A stretch of DNA of 64,000 nt from Azolla caroliniana (GCA_043228905.1 JBHGNT010000015.1:16492001-16556000), one strand, 5' to 3'; counted from the stretch's first letter, positions 1 through 14,526 are shown. Numbers and translations are program-made. The notes: generated by a model not told the origin, from the sequence alone.

Positions 1-97
1 TGCTTTTCCTTGATCATCATCATCATCATTTGCGATTATAATTTGTTTTTCCTTAATCATCATCATTATCATTTGCAATTATAATTTTCAATCACAG

Positions 98-1636
98 GAA
101 TGCACTGATGTCAGGGGAAAATGTAGATCCATCAACAATGACTATTGAATTCCTTAGGGCTCGCCTCCAATCGCAACGAGCCGAATTCCGAGCCGAGCGG
201 CTGAGAGCACGAGTTTTAGCGCAAAAGGCATGATTGTTTAATCTATGTTATTGGTAGAAATGCATTTGTGTATGTGCTCTAGTATGTAATTTGCCGGTTG
301 CGAATAAATAATATGAAGACAAGAGAGAGAGAGAGATCAATGAGGTTGTTTAATTAGGTGATGGAGCTCGAGAAGAAACTAAAAATTGAAATGCGTTCGC
401 GGAGAAAGGCAGATAGTGGCGATTTCACGGAGATTAATATAAGCCCTACCAGGTTCTCTGAATTCAAGATTAAATGGTTTTAGTTGTAATATGTACTCTC
501 ATAATACACACATACATACAAGTAACCATGTCATATTGTCACAACTTCAGATAGGCATATTGTTGGAATGCTCATGGCTTAAAAACTTTTGCATTTGATC
601 TTTAAACTCACTAGGGAATTAGGTCAAGACGAATGCACGAAGTATGTTGAATCCGTGACAAAAATGAAATCCGGGAGACATGAAATTGAGGAGGCCGAAG
701 AGAAGGACGAAGACCAAGACGAAAGCAAAGCCATTCAGCGTAGTAAGTGTCCACAACCACGATCGGCCAATCATTCCCCCGGCCACTCTTATAACCAGGT
801 TATATCCAAATATTGTATTGTAATGGTGTCCCACACAATTACTTGTACAACTATTTTCCTAAATCTAACTGCTTGCATTTTGATAGGAGCTCACCGGTGA
901 GTACCCTCCATTGGCATGTGGTCAGCTTGTCGGGGAGCGAAGCAAGAAATTCGGTGCCAAGTACCCAAACAAACTAACCACATTGACGACAAATGGACAT
1001 CATATAATTAGCGTTCATGATGACAAAATAGTTCGAGAGGTCGTGTGCATGCCTTATAGTAATGAAGCCAATGCGAAAGAGAAAGAACATGTTCCGTTTG
1101 GATTAAACATGTCCTCACCCGATAGTAGTACAAGGAGTACACCGAGGTCTTCTGTGTCCGGTGGGGATCACCTCGACATTCCTATAGTCGAAAAGCAAGG
1201 TCCGGAAATCCTTGACATTGCTATAGAAAAGCAAGGTTTGGACACCAATCTCAAGATTCAGCATTCCGAAGCAATACCGAAAGGATTCACCACGGAATGC
1301 CCTTCCTTAGATATAGAATCCTCTGGTATACTCGACTCATTGGAGATTATGGCGGCCACACTTTTTAAAGGTGGTGCACTTGGACCCAAAGTGAACACGA
1401 AACACATGTACAATGATGATAAGGATGGTGTTAATGGTAATGCATACCATCCACATGACAAAACAATGATAAAGAGAACATTGGTGCCAGAAGAGTTTTC
1501 ATCATTATGTGCCGAGGAGCATAGCCCACATATTAAAAGCAAGCCTACACACTCAAGATGCTCGAAAACTGAGATGCTCAAGTTGTTGGAGTTGATTAAG
1601 AAACAAGTGGAGACCAATAATGAGCTGAGAGTTTAG
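98..1636 (+). CDS. Spliced plant coiled-coil protein of unknown function; exons 98/108-227, 358-452, 615-798, 887-1636 (the 5' end may lie outside the window)
   Basis: Exon phases join without frameshift (0, 2, 0) and link track ORFs 589..900 and 911..1636. The N-terminus MTIEFLRARLQSQRAEFRAERLRARVLAQK|VMELEKKLKIEMRSRRKA resembles, from memory, a conserved uncharacterised plant family with an MTIEFLRARLL motif. Confidence 0.75.
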
Positions 1637-3199
1637 TACGGTTGTTTATGCCAAGGGCTCAAATCACCATATTGACTCTTCCAAGTTGAGCATCTAGTTA
1701 TACATCTTCCCCCTTTTCCTTTATCCAAATACAATAGTTGATCTTAACGAAGAGAGAAAGTAGTGAACCTTTTCATAGGAAGAGGGTTTAGATCAAATCC
1801 AATGTTTGTGCTTTTGACAAGTATAGACATAGGTTTCAAAGTCTAGTAAATAAGTTGTTTTGCAATCATTCAAGCTCGTTCGCATGTGCTATTTATTGTG
1901 TTTCAATTTATTTATTTTTGAGTAAGGATGTGTCTATTGATGTAAAAGTAGTAAAGCAAGTTGACACACGTTATGTTTTGATATTGATACAAGCGGGAGA
2001 CATCTACATTCATCAAAATATCTACTCATAAAGCAATTGTTGAAGTCCAATGGATACTTCAATCCTCTAAGAACCCAAACATAAAAAAAGAAACCAAAAC
2101 AACTTAAAACATCTTTCATTTGTTAGTAAAAAAATTTGAGTTTCTTATTCTAAAGAATTGAACGCAGTTAATCAGAAATGCATTTAATGTTGTTATTGCT
2201 CAAAAAGCAAGGCATATGAGGAAATAGATATTCAATCAATTTCTTTGTTGTAACGAATTGACATATTTGAGATTTGATGATATATTAAGAGTGTGTGATA
2301 GGTGTCATACGTTAAAGCACCACCTAGAAGATTGAGCTCTTATGCTTCAAAGCATGAACATCCTTTTTAGGAAGGAAAGACACATGGCATGGGTAAAGGT
2401 TGGCCCCTTTGTGGATGCTAAAATTCTCTAATTTCAATTCTAATGTTTATATGAATTGCATTATTTATTGAGCATGGTGGCCATGCATGTTTTATTGTTG
2501 ATTTACCCACTTTTGCTTTCGCATGACCTTTGATTTCTGATTCATGCTATCCAAAGCTTAATAGTGTTTAGATTGCTTCGTTGCATCAACCATTTTCGCG
2601 ACAAGAGCATAGTGATTTCTTTGAGAAAAGTAAATATAGACAAAGAGGGCAATCAAAGTTTTCAAACGGACTTAAGTTAAAGAGGAATAACATATAGTTT
2701 CTCATACCAAGAGGAATATACATAGTCAAGAAGATGATTACAACGTTTCAAACAAAGCTTGAATTAGATTCAAAGAGTATGCTAAAGTGTTTCACCTTAT
2801 TTCTGCTTTTGAATAAATAATTATCCTATCATAAGAGGAAACATGTTTGTGTAAGGTTTCCATCCAAATCATAGACAAACCTTTGTTCATTTTTATTGTT
2901 TTGGAATCAAGTTCATGGGGATTATAAATCTTTATTTATTTAGACTTAAGTAACCTTTTCATACATTTACCCTTTCTATTCACATTTTCCTAGAAGATTT
3001 TGGTCAATTATTGTACAGGTAGGTCAGGCAACATGTTGTACGTATTATTCTCTAAAGTACACATTTCTTCTTATTTAGAATCATAGTTCATAGTGCATCC
3101 ATTGCACACCACACAAATTATCCTTTACAAAAAGTTTCACTTTATAGAACATTTAAAGCTTACACTAAAAGAAACCAAATATGTATTACTTGATAACGA

Positions 3200-4980
3200 A
3201 TGCTTGTGCTCTTACACACATGAGCATGTATTTTTATCCACCAACCAACCTCAAGTTGAACCCCGAACTTATGTTAGATCCCCATCCCCCTCAAGTTGAC
3301 TCTGTATTCTAAGATGTTGAGGAACCAAATGATCCGGGATACAACTTGAAGCACAAGGTTCCAAAATTGATACATAGAACACTAGATGGTGACATGTATG
3401 AGGAGGGAGATCAAGATGAAACATAACTTCATTTATATGGTCGGTGATAACATATGGATCGAGATATTGATAATCCAACTTATAGAGGTTGGATAGTCTT
3501 TATGTTACTATGGAAGAGTTACATTATTCCCAACTCGAAACTAAGGTCCTTTTGTTGATAAGTTGAGACAATGACAATCTCTAAATTTCTTATGTGTGCC
3601 TCGAGCATCTTGTAAATGGTGAGAATGAACAATGTGAACCTCTTGAAGTTGAACTAGATGGCTTTTTACAATAAGATTTTTCAAGATTTGCAAACCTTGA
3701 TCATTGTTGATTTCATATGGAAGAACATGATGCCTAAATAATACTTCACATATAATCAAATATGTTCTCTTGAATATTAACTCTTTGTGCATGAAAGTAA
3801 ATGGGACACCTTATTGAATCACTCCACCACTTTGAGGATGAAATCAAAACCTCTGTAAAATGGCAAATAGGGTAGTAAAATCCAAGATAGACTTCTAGGG
3901 AGTGTTGAGAACTAGTAAGGGCTATGATAATCCATGTGCTTCATGTTTGAGAACTCTTCAAAATGTATCACAACTATGAATGCAATTCTCAACAAGCTAA
4001 CTCTTTGTGAAACGAACTTTCAAGTCTTACAAACTCCATGATTCGATGTCAAGAACGATCATCAAGAACATATAGTCAATTATTTCAAAAAAACACATCA
4101 TGCCAAATCTTTACAATAACTCTTTGACCTCAAACAAGAAGCATGATATAGATTTTTGGGGAAAAATAAAGCATGATATAGAAAAAAATGATTCAAGATA
4201 TCTTATTTGACTCCATCTACATCAACATCACTTTTAATGAAATCAATAATACTTGAAGTCGTCGACACTTTTAAGAAACTTTTAATTGCTACTAGCTTCA
4301 AATGATCAAGAGGCAAGAGGACCACCTTTGGTGGTAAAAAATAGGCTCTCCTAGATGTGGTTCCATATAAGAAAGCTAGCCAAGGATAAAGCACCTCATT
4401 TTCTTTGTGCCTTCTTGGGCAGTACACAATCACGAAACCAAACGTCAAAATCTTATGATTATTGTAGATAGTGATTTGGTGGGGAGAACCTTCTAAGATG
4501 TGAGACCAATATTCTTCAAAAGAATTTATGATGGCTAAGAGATCTTAGTTGTGAATCTCATAATTAATTTTCATAGCTTCAAATTTCTATGAATGAAAAG
4601 TGATTGGATGTAGTTGCTTGTGTTCTATTAAGCTTTAAGTCAATGCACACATTGACCTAACAAGTGTTCTGGCAATTTCAAAATGCACACTTTAAGCTTT
4701 CAACTGCCCCACATACTCGTCAAGTCTATGCTAATGGTTGGCTATTCTTTATAAGTTGTATAAGGGGTCGAACAATATTCGAGTAATACTTAATGAATTT
4801 GCAGTAAAACTTACAAAGGTCAAAAAATGTTGTACGTCGCACATTGATCATGGTGTGTTTACATTTTTGGTTGGATCCATAGAGATATCGTTGAATGATA
4901 TTCATAAGAGAAAGCTTGGCAAAAATATGTGTAATGGAATCACAACCACCATGAAGAGGGGTAATGACTCTATTTTATTT
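3200..4980 (-). pseudogene. Heavily decayed Ty3/Gypsy pol remnant (RNase H and integrase C-terminus); boundaries approximate
   Basis: The minus strand gives LHPITFHS*KFEAMKINYEIHN*DLLAIINSFEE near 4500-4615 (Gypsy RNase H NYxxxxxELLAI motif). It also gives PYVITDHINEVMFHLDLPP..HLVFYVSILEP at 3269-3478 (GPY/F integrase tail). Confidence 0.7.
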
Positions 4981-5011
4981 CGGCAATTGAACTCTGGTTG
5001 GTCGACCGGAT

Positions 5012-5269
5012 CGAGAATAGGAAGAGACGAGAGAAAGAGAGAGAGAGAGAGAGCGTGAGAGTGACTGACACTCTTGTAAAACCCTAAGTGGTGAATACTC
5101 TGATATGACAGAGTTCTTGTAATATGTTTTTCCTCTTGTATCTCTATTGTATAGTGTAGATTTGTTGCTCGTGGATTTCCCCTTGTTTTAGGGTTTCCAC
5201 ATAAATATTGTGTATTGTGTATTCTCTATGTTTTGTTGTTTTCTATTCTATACATCTCTTGATTCTACC
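5012..5269 (+). repeat. Partial copia LTR (family Z), interrupted at 5270 by element A
   Basis: Closely matches 24721-24966 (gagaataggaagagacgag...gattctacc). Confidence 0.65.
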
Positions 5270-8200
5270 TGTTAGGAATTTGTCCCTCCTATGGGAGAAG
5301 TCAACAGTTGAAGTCAAGGAAGAAGTCGGCAGTCGAATCGACAAGCCGAATACAATTTGGTCGGTCGGATTGACCAACAAGTTGAGAGGGTGGTTGACTG
5401 GTTTTGAAGGAGATAGAGAGTCGACTATGATAGTCGACTCCATTGGATGGATGCTCCAAGATGAAGTCAAAGTCGACAAGTCTGGCCGACCGAATGGTCG
5501 AAGACAAGGCCGACAAATCAGTTCGGTTAAATTATTAATATATGCATTATATATATTATTAATAACAGCTACATTTGTAACTAGCCATATTGTGTATGGG
5601 TATAAATACATCTAGGGCAACCATTATGACGTAGAGAGAGATGAATAGAGCTTCTATAGTGGTGTGTAAGTGAGTATAAGAGAGAGGAGGAAGAGATGCG
5701 AGAGTGCGTGAGAGAGAGGCAGAGTTTAGTGGAACTTGCCTAAACCCTAAAGGGGTATTCGCTAATTTTAGAGATTTGTAATCTGTTTTTCCTTCCTGTA
5801 TCTTCTACAGTATAGTGCAGATCTATTAACCGTGGTTTTTCCCTTGTTTAGGGTTTCCACATAAAACCTGTGTACTATTTTATTCTCTATCAAATTTTTG
5901 TTTTTTGTTTTCTATGTTTTGCATTTTCAGTCTTTCTTTCTCATAGATCTAGGGTCCGTTCTCCACAAACTGGTATCAGAGCTTTGAGGTGCAAGAATGG
6001 AAGGAGATGTGAGCGGTTTCCCAAGTATGAAGTCATGAACTCACACAACTACACTAATTGGAAGATCAAGATGGACAATCTTCTGATAGTCAAAGATCTG
6101 TACAAACCCATAGATAGAAGTGAAATACCCACAAGGGTATTTGAGTCTGAATGGAAACTCCTAAACAAGAAGGTTGTGGCCACCATCAGACAATGTGTAG
6201 ACTTGAGTGTTCGACAACATGTGGCCAACGACACAAATGCCTACGAAATGCGGCATAAACTATTAGGGTTGTACGAGAGGAAAAATGCACTCAACAAAAC
6301 TTCTATGATGACAAAGATTGTGAGATTGAAGTACAGAGATGGAGATATCATTGTGGTACACATTAACACCTTCATGGGGTTGGTGAATCAACTTGCAGCA
6401 ACAAATTTCCCATTAGATGATGCTATGCAGGCTTTGTTATTGTTGTGTACCCTACCGAATAGCTAGGAGAACCTGGTGGTGTCTCTCAATACCTCATGCC
6501 AAGAAGAAAACTTGTCCTTGCTAGTGGTAAAGACAAGTATCCTAAACGAGGGGACAAGAAGGAAGGACAAGGGTGTCCTGTCCCAATTGGAGGTAAATAT
6601 GGCACAACATCCCCGCAAAAGGAGCAAGCAGAGACTTCCACAGAGGAGAGACAAGTCTCATGCTAGGTCCAAGTCCAGAGGAAAGCTCACATGTTTCTAT
6701 TGTAGAAAACCTGGACACTTCCAAAAGGATTGACAAAACCTTAAGAAAGACAAAGGTGTCGTGAACAATGTCTAACCCAGAAGGATTTCTGAGGAGAAGG
6801 GCACTTCAGCCGTGAATTCAAGTAAAGAGGAATTTCTGTTCATTGCAAATGCAAACCTTGCAAGTGAAGAGTTCGCCTAGGCGATCGATTAAGGTACATC
6901 GTTCCATATAACTCCCTCGAGAGAGTGCTTCTCATCTTACACAACCAGGGACTATGGATATGTAAAGATGGGAAACAATGGAGAATGCAAGATAGCCAAC
7001 ATTAGAAGTGTAAGCCTGACAACATCGACCGGTTGTCAGCTAACCTTGAGGGATGTTCGACATGTGCCAGATATTAGCCTGAATCTAATATCAACTAGAA
7101 GATTGGACGATGAAGGCTACAGTGGTAGTTTTTGAAACAGAAAATGGAAGTTTTGTTAGGGAAATCTCATAGTGGCATGAGCATAGAAACATGACACTTT
7201 GTATGTGATGCATGCCAAGTTGTGCAAGGACGAGGCAAACATGGCAGCCGACTCAAGTGGAGAGATATGGCACAAGAGACTTGGCCACATGAGCAAAAGA
7301 GGCATGCATATTCTAGCCGACCAGAAACTTCTTCCAAAAGTAAAAGGAGTGCACTTGGAAAGATGTGTCGACTACCTGATCAGAAAGCAAAATAGGGTTG
7401 TGTTCAACTCAAGAACACCAAAGAGAAGAGAAGTTGTATTGGAATTGGTACACACAGACGTGTGCTATGGTGATTCTCCATCGTATGGTGGTGGATAGTA
7501 CTTCATAACATTCATTGACGACTAGAGTCGAAATTTGTGGGATTTCGTACTAAAGTCAAAGGATCAACGACTATTGTTCTTCAAAGAGTTCCAAACCAAA
7601 GTTGAAAGAGAGTCGGGTCGAAAGTTGAAGGTTGTCCGAACCAACAATGGTGGCGAGTAAAGAGGACAATTCAAAGAGTATTGCAAGTTCCAAGGTATTC
7701 GACTCGAATATACAATGCCTAAGACCCCTGAGTTGAATAGACTTGTAGAGAGAATAAATTGAACTATCATGGAAAGAGTGAGGAGCATGTTGTCGCATGC
7801 AAAGCTATCGAAATCGTATTGGGCTAAAGCAATGTACATGATTGTTTATCTTATCAACAGGTCTCCCTCAGTGCCCGTGAAAGGTGATGTCCCACAGAGG
7901 TTGTGGATGGGTAAAGATGTCTCCTATCAACACTTGAAGGTGTTCGGATGTCTGGTATATATGCATGTAGCAAAGGATCAGAGGTCGAAGCTTGACAACA
8001 AGTCGAAACCATGCATATTCCTGGGGTATATGGAGGATAAATTCGGCTACAGGTTGTGGAACTTACTTGACAAGAAGGTAGTGAGGAGTTGGGACATCGC
8101 GTTCTTGGAAGACAAGACAATCGAGAACTGGAAACAACAGAAGTCAAAACCGGCTTCCCAGTCGACTCTCACTACTATCGACTCAAGACCAGTCGGCCAT

Positions 8201-9457
8201 ACGTTGTTGACTGAGAGGAGACAGCCAGTCGGAACGGCCGAATCCAAGATAGTCAACTCAAAGCAACCAGCTAATACATATTAGTCAGAATCGACAGACC
8301 TACAGAAGTCGATTGAGGCATACGAGTTGGAGTCGGTCAATCTTCAACAAGCGATCGACATGTATGAACACGAACCGAGTGAAGAGTCGGTAGAGACATT
8401 CGAACCTAAACCAACAATCCACTAAGGCAAAGGACAACACCCTCATGTTACGCCAATCTATATGTCTTATTGACTAATGAGGATGAGCCAGAATGCTATG
8501 TGGAGGCCATGGAAGACGAGCGCAAGGAGAAATGGCAGAGTGCAATGCAAGATGAGATAGACTCCTTGCATGAGAACTACACTTACGACTTGGTGGAACT
8601 ACCGAAAGGTAAGAGAGCCTTGAGAAACAAATGGGTCTTCAACCTGAAAAATGAGGAAGATTGCAGGTCACCCAGATACAAGGCGCGAATCGTAGTAAAG
8701 GGGTTTTAGCAGAAGAAAGAGGTCGATTTTGATGAGATCTTCACACTAGTCGTAAAGATGACATCCATTCGATCAATGCTAGGGATTGCTGCCAGTATAA
8801 ATCTAGAGATAGAGAAATTGGATAGAGAAAAGATCTATATGTTGCAGGCCGAAGGCTTTGTGGAGAAAGGAAAAGAGAATCTGGTGTGTCGACTAAGGAA
8901 AAACTTGTATGGTCTGAAACAAGCTCCACGCCAATGGTACAAGAAGTTTGAATCCTTCATGGTGGAACATGGGTTCCATAAAACACAAGCTGATCATTGT
9001 GTGTTTGTCGAAAGGTATGATGAAGGTAACTTCTTGATTCTCTTGCTATATGTTGACGACATGTTAGTGGTCGGACAAGACATCAAGAAGATAGTGAGCT
9101 TGAAGAAAGCCCTACGCAAGTTGTTTGCCATGAAAGATCTTGGACCAGCAAAGCAAATATTGGGGATGCGCATAGTTTGTGACAGAACTAAGAACGTGCT
9201 ATGGTTGTCAAAACAAAAGTATGTGACAAAGATCTTGGAAAGATTCAACATGTCGGAAGCAAAACCCGTCGGGTTTGTGTGGTCGACTAATTGCAAGTTG
9301 AATGCTAGGAAATGTTCAAAAGGGAAGAAGGACAAGGCCAAGATGAGGAAAGTACCATATGCCTCGGCCCTTGGTAGTTTAATGTATGTTATGGTCTGTA
9401 CGAGATCATACATAGCATTTGCAATCGGAACAATGAGCCGATATATGAGTAATACAA
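5270..9457 (+). mobile_element. Decayed Ty1/copia element A (Tnt1/Tork-like): 5' LTR 5270-5967, PBS, gag-PR-INT-RT; RNase H and 3' LTR missing
   Basis: LTR is TG...CA, followed by PBS TGGTATCAGAGC at 5971. Motifs: zinc knuckle CFYCRKPGH, GAG-pre-integrase [20 protein letters not shown] and YVDDML. Many stops. Cut at MSRYMSN by element B. Confidence 0.9.
5971..5982 (+). promoter_or_regulatory. Primer binding site (initiator tRNA-Met) of element A
   Basis: TGGTATCAGAGC 3 nt after the LTR end. Confidence 0.9.
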
Positions 9458-9781
9458 TGTCATGAAGGATTCCAGCCATAAAGAGAAACATGGCCAAGCG
9501 CACGCAAATGGGTGGGTGCACTGATACACACGAATCAAGAAACATGTACAAACATAATGTCAATAGCATAGGACTGGTAAGTACTAGGTAGTAGGAAAAG
9601 GGTACTTTAGAGTCCCACACGCATAGAGAGAATGCGGGGATTGGATGTGAAGAAATCAAAGGGGGGGATCTCTAACACTGATCACGATGTGACAGTCTCC
9701 CCTTGTGCTATAAAAGGGGAGGCTTGAGCCTGTTTTAGATATCCGGGTTTTGGGAGGACGAAGTGTTGTCGGTTTGTGGGT

Positions 9782-9840
<59 letters not shown>

Positions 9841-10225
9841 GTGCATGATACGGTAAGGAAGCCTTTGCTCGTGAGGAAGCTCGTGAGCTCCCGACCAGAG
9901 GTTCCTTGGTCTATTTGTGGGTGTGTGAGGGTGGGGGTGTGTTTCGTAGAACGTACAGCTCTACTACCGGCCAAGCCCGGTTGTAATCTGCTTGCCTTAA
10001 TTTATTAGCTTCTCATTTCGGGTTTTCATCTTGTTGAGAGTTGAACTCAACTTCCCATAGAGATAGGTTTCACACTAGCTCATGGACATACCATGCTAGT
10101 TTTGTAAATAGTTGAAAGGGCATTTGCCCTAGCCTAGTTGGTACTTAAACCGACCTTTTTGTAACTTAGTTTCTATTGGATGTAATATACAATTTCTTGT
10201 TATAGTTCTCTCTCTTGTCTCACAT

Positions 10226-10259
<34 letters not shown>

Positions 10260-11319
10260 TCCTTCCGTTGTACATAATCACTCTTGATTCTTTACATGGT
10301 ATCAGAGCCTGTGGTAGCCTGATCCAAGCCCATCGCCTTCACGTGTGTCGTGCTCAAGCTAGTAGAGAACCAACTGATCGTTGCAACAATGATTTCTACA
10401 CAGCTCGCATCAAGAGTAGAAGAAGTTCGACAATGAACACCCAGATGGGAAGCACTCTTCCTACCAAGAAGCTCGATAGAACAAACTTCGCATCTTGGGA
10501 GTACAAGATGCATCAATACCTTGTCAGACAAGGTTACTGGAGCTACATCGAGGGAGCTCACAAAACGCAACCCAACCCGACACACGCCGACTACCTAGCG
10601 TGGGAGCAGGCCGCAAGTCGTGTGTTGTATTGCCTTGCGTCATGCCCTCATGATCACATGCTAGGCTATATTCGAGTTTCGAAAACACCGAAGGAAGCTT
10701 GGGGAAATCTCAAGAAGATTGTTGCAGCCAATACGGTTGCACGAAAGCTCCAACTTCGACAGTAGCTAAACAACATGCAACAGAGGGACATGTCAATCAC
10801 CGGCTATACCTTGAAGATCCAAGAGCTGTGTGATGCCCTCGGTTCGATTGAAGTTGTAATCGACGATGACGAAATGATGCAAATATGCCTCGGCGGCTTG
10901 GCACCTCGATTCAGCACAATCAGATCAGCCATTCTTGCGAGGGAGAACTCTCCTTCCTTTTTCGACCTTCAATCGATTCTGTTGATTGAAGAAAATCATG
11001 TTCGGCAAAGGAACAATGCGCTTGATGGTCAGAGGCTCTCCTCACAATCGGATGATAGAAGAGGATTCGGTTGTGGAAACAGAGGTCGGCTTGGACGAGG
11101 CCGACCCAGGAGCATAGCTTCCATCAATGGCAAGAGGACAGAAACAATCCCAGAGAGTTCGGCAAAAGGGGGAACCACCCCGCCGCACCGAGCCATCGTA
11201 ACAACCCGATCGAATGCAGGTACTGTGGAAAACACGGCCACTATGAAGAGGAGTGCCGAGAAAAGGTACGAGACTCGGCTTCGACTAGCCGACAACTCAC
11301 GAACTACGCTTCAAATTCC

Positions 11320-12003
11320 TGTTGAGAAATCGTTGCAGAATTTAAATCACAATGAGCAATCAATGCTGAAATACAAATCACAAAAAGACAAGATAGACAA
11401 CTATGCACAGAGATTTACGTGGAAACCCTAAAACGGGGGAAACCGTGGGAATAGAACTTCACTATAGATAGTGGATATACAATACAGAGAGGATTACAAC
11501 ACTCTTGCGAGTGGATCAGCCGCACAGGGCTCTTCGCGTCTGTTGTTGCTCACACAGTTATGGCGCAGCTCACGCTTCTCTCTCTCTCACTCTCTGCACA
11601 CACTTTCACGGTTCACACTCCTTCTATTCTATTCTCATCTCTTCTATTCTACATCTTAAAGTTTGCCCTAGTTGCATATATACTTACATAACTTTCTAGC
11701 TATTTACATACCTAGCCCTCATGGGGCGCACATTGAAACTATTTACAAGTATAGTCTCCCGAGTTGGCTATATACACGATTCTGGTTTCGGCCTCAGCCG
11801 ATTGGCCTCGGTGAGTCCCTCATCAACTCAGCTCCTCTCTCCCCCCATCCGGAGTGACTTGTTTCCTAACATCATCATTATTATTACCATAATAATAATA
11901 ACAATCGAATTCTCAAATAGTCGAATCACTATTTTTGACCCTTCGACAGTTGGCTTTCCGAACATTTGGCTCTTCCTCCCACTAGAAGGACATATTCCCA
12001 ACA
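11320..12003 (-). mobile_element. Solo (apparently chimeric) Tork-like copia LTR inserted in B gag
   Basis: TG...CA ends; TSD ATTCC at 11315-11319 and 12004-12008; resembles the LTRs of G and F. Confidence 0.9.
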
Positions 12004-13967
12004 ATTCCGTCTACGATGATTGTGGCGGGATGTTCATAATGAGGCATGAAGCACATTCGATGACGGCACAGGCCTTGACTGGCACCTCTTCTTCAGATAA
12101 CATACGGTTTGTCGACTCGGGAGCATCCAATCACATGACGTCCCATGAATATTGCTTCTGAGAATTACGAAAGCCTGATCGACCCGGGTATGTCGAAACC
12201 GGAGATGATACAACTCACCCAATTCATCATGTTGGAAATCTTCCATTCGGAAATGACGGAAAACAAACCTACCTCAAGAATGTCTTGCATGTCCCAACCA
12301 TCAAGAAAAACCTGGTCTCGGTCGGCCAAATCGTCGAACAAGGTATGCAAGTACAATTCAATAATGAAGGGTGTTTCATCGAAAAGGACGATTAGATCAT
12401 AGCGCATGGTCGCCGAGAAGGCCGAATGTACATCCTCGAATTAGAAGAGGTGAAATCGGCTATGTTCGTGAAAGGTCTTAAAGTCGAAACCAACTTGAAA
12501 CTGTGGCACAAGAGAATCGGCCACATCAATCTTCAAAAGCTCAAGAACATGCAGTGAAAAGGAGTCGTAATCGGAATCCTGACATTTACTAAGAAGGAGA
12601 TTACGGGCATATGCGAGGCATGCCAGTTCGGAAAACAACGTCGACATCCATTCCTGAAAGAGAGGAATGTAAGCAAAGGGATCTTGGATGTAGTACATTC
12701 AGATGTGTGGGGATCGGCCCCAATAGCAACATTCGGTGGTTGCCGATATTACGTCATGTTCATCGACGACTTCTCCAGGCATATCTAGCTCTACTTGATG
12801 AAACAGAAGAGGGAAGTGTTCGGCCACTTCCAAAGGTTCAAAAACGAAGTCGAAAAAGCCACGAGTCATCACGTACGATGCCTTCGAATGAATGGAGGCA
12901 AAGAATATTTCTCGGATGAGTTTACGGCATATCTCCGAAAGTAAGGAATATGACGAGAATTTTCGTATCGCCATACACCTCAGCAAAATGGTGTGGCCGA
13001 ACGGAAGAATTGGCACATCGTAGAGGTTGCACGGCCAATGATGAATGAGAAAAACCTACCGAAATCATACTGGGCAGAAGCGGTGAACATGGCCGTATAT
13101 CTTATGAATATATGTACAACCTCTAGGGCACACAAAGTAACCACTCATGACAGGTTTTTTGGAAAGAACCTGGATTTATCACATGTCCGAATTTTCGGCT
13201 CCATCACCTACGTGCATATTCCTGACGAAACACGACAAAAGCTCGACCCGAAGTCAGAGAAATGTATCCTCATAGGATACTCGCTCGAATAGAAGGGATA
13301 CAAATGCTACAACCCATCTACCCGAAAAGCTCGAGTAAGTCGAGATGTCATTTTCGACGAGTCCACATCCTGGTATGCACCAGAAACCACTTCGACTTTG
13401 ACTCTGCTCAACTCGAAATCTGCCGAAATGGAGATAGAAGACGAAGATTGGCTCACGCGCATGTTCGAAGAAAGCCCGATTACGGCACAACTTAGTGGAC
13501 CATGGGAGCCCCTGAGTGACCAAAGCACATTTCTACCGAGTTCGAAACTCGACAAAGGGAAGGCCAAGATGTTTGAATACAAAGATCCAATTGACAATGC
13601 GTCAGCTCACTCCCTTGACAGTGAGTTCGAAGGCCTGGACATCCTGATCTTCCAGAAGAATGGAGCGAAGAAAGCATTTGTCTCCGCGAACGAGAAGCTA
13701 CACCGGCCCACCTGTGAAAAGAACCCCATAAGCCAATTCGGCTACAATGAGTACATGGCATACCATTACACCTTTATGATGAAGGTAACAACTAAATGAG
13801 AGCTGGAAACACTTTCCGAAACCATGAAGTACCCATGATGGGTCGACACGATGAACGAAGAAATGCAGGCCTTGTGCAAAAATGAGACATGGGATCTTGT
13901 TCCCCATTCACCTCACAGGAAAGCGATAGGCTGCTGATGGATCTATAAGGTCAAATACAATGCCGAT

Positions 13968-14405
13968 TGTTGCCGATTAGGAACACAGTCCGTGGTCAGT
14001 CCTTCAACCTAGACCTCCAAGTGGTTGTGGAACAACGAATAGGTGTTTATGCGTAATGCATAGGGGAATGTTCCCTGTAACCTATCAGTGTATATGGGAG
14101 ACGGCTACAACCGACTCCTTATCAAGGGTTACACTTACGTTCTTACACGCTTAGGTATTCTAGACACACAGTGGATTAGCCATAGCTATACACAGACTTT
14201 CAGAGAAGATGGAATTCTATTATGATACGTTTCTTTACATTCCCAAAATTACACGCTCCCTCTATCCGAGGTTTTCTGCCCTTTATATACGCAGGGTCTA
14301 TCTAGTCGTGCACGCTTCCTGCGTGAACCGTTACATGCGTTATGATCTTATATTATTTCTTATTCCTACGCTCTTGTCCGTCAGTTACTATTCCGGCGGA
14401 CAACA
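13968..14405. mobile_element. 438-bp solo LTR of an unrelated family inserted in B RT
   Basis: TGTTG...CAACA termini; TSD CCGAT at 13963-13967 and 14406-14410; B reads KVKYNAD|ATVNRFKARLVAKG across it. Confidence 0.9.
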
Positions 14406-14526
14406 CCGATGCCACCGTAAATCGCTTCAAAGCACGACTCGTCGCCAAAGGATATACACAAACGCACGGAGTTGACTACGAAGAGACCTTTGCCCTAGTG
14501 GCAAAGATGACAACTGTGCGAACCGT

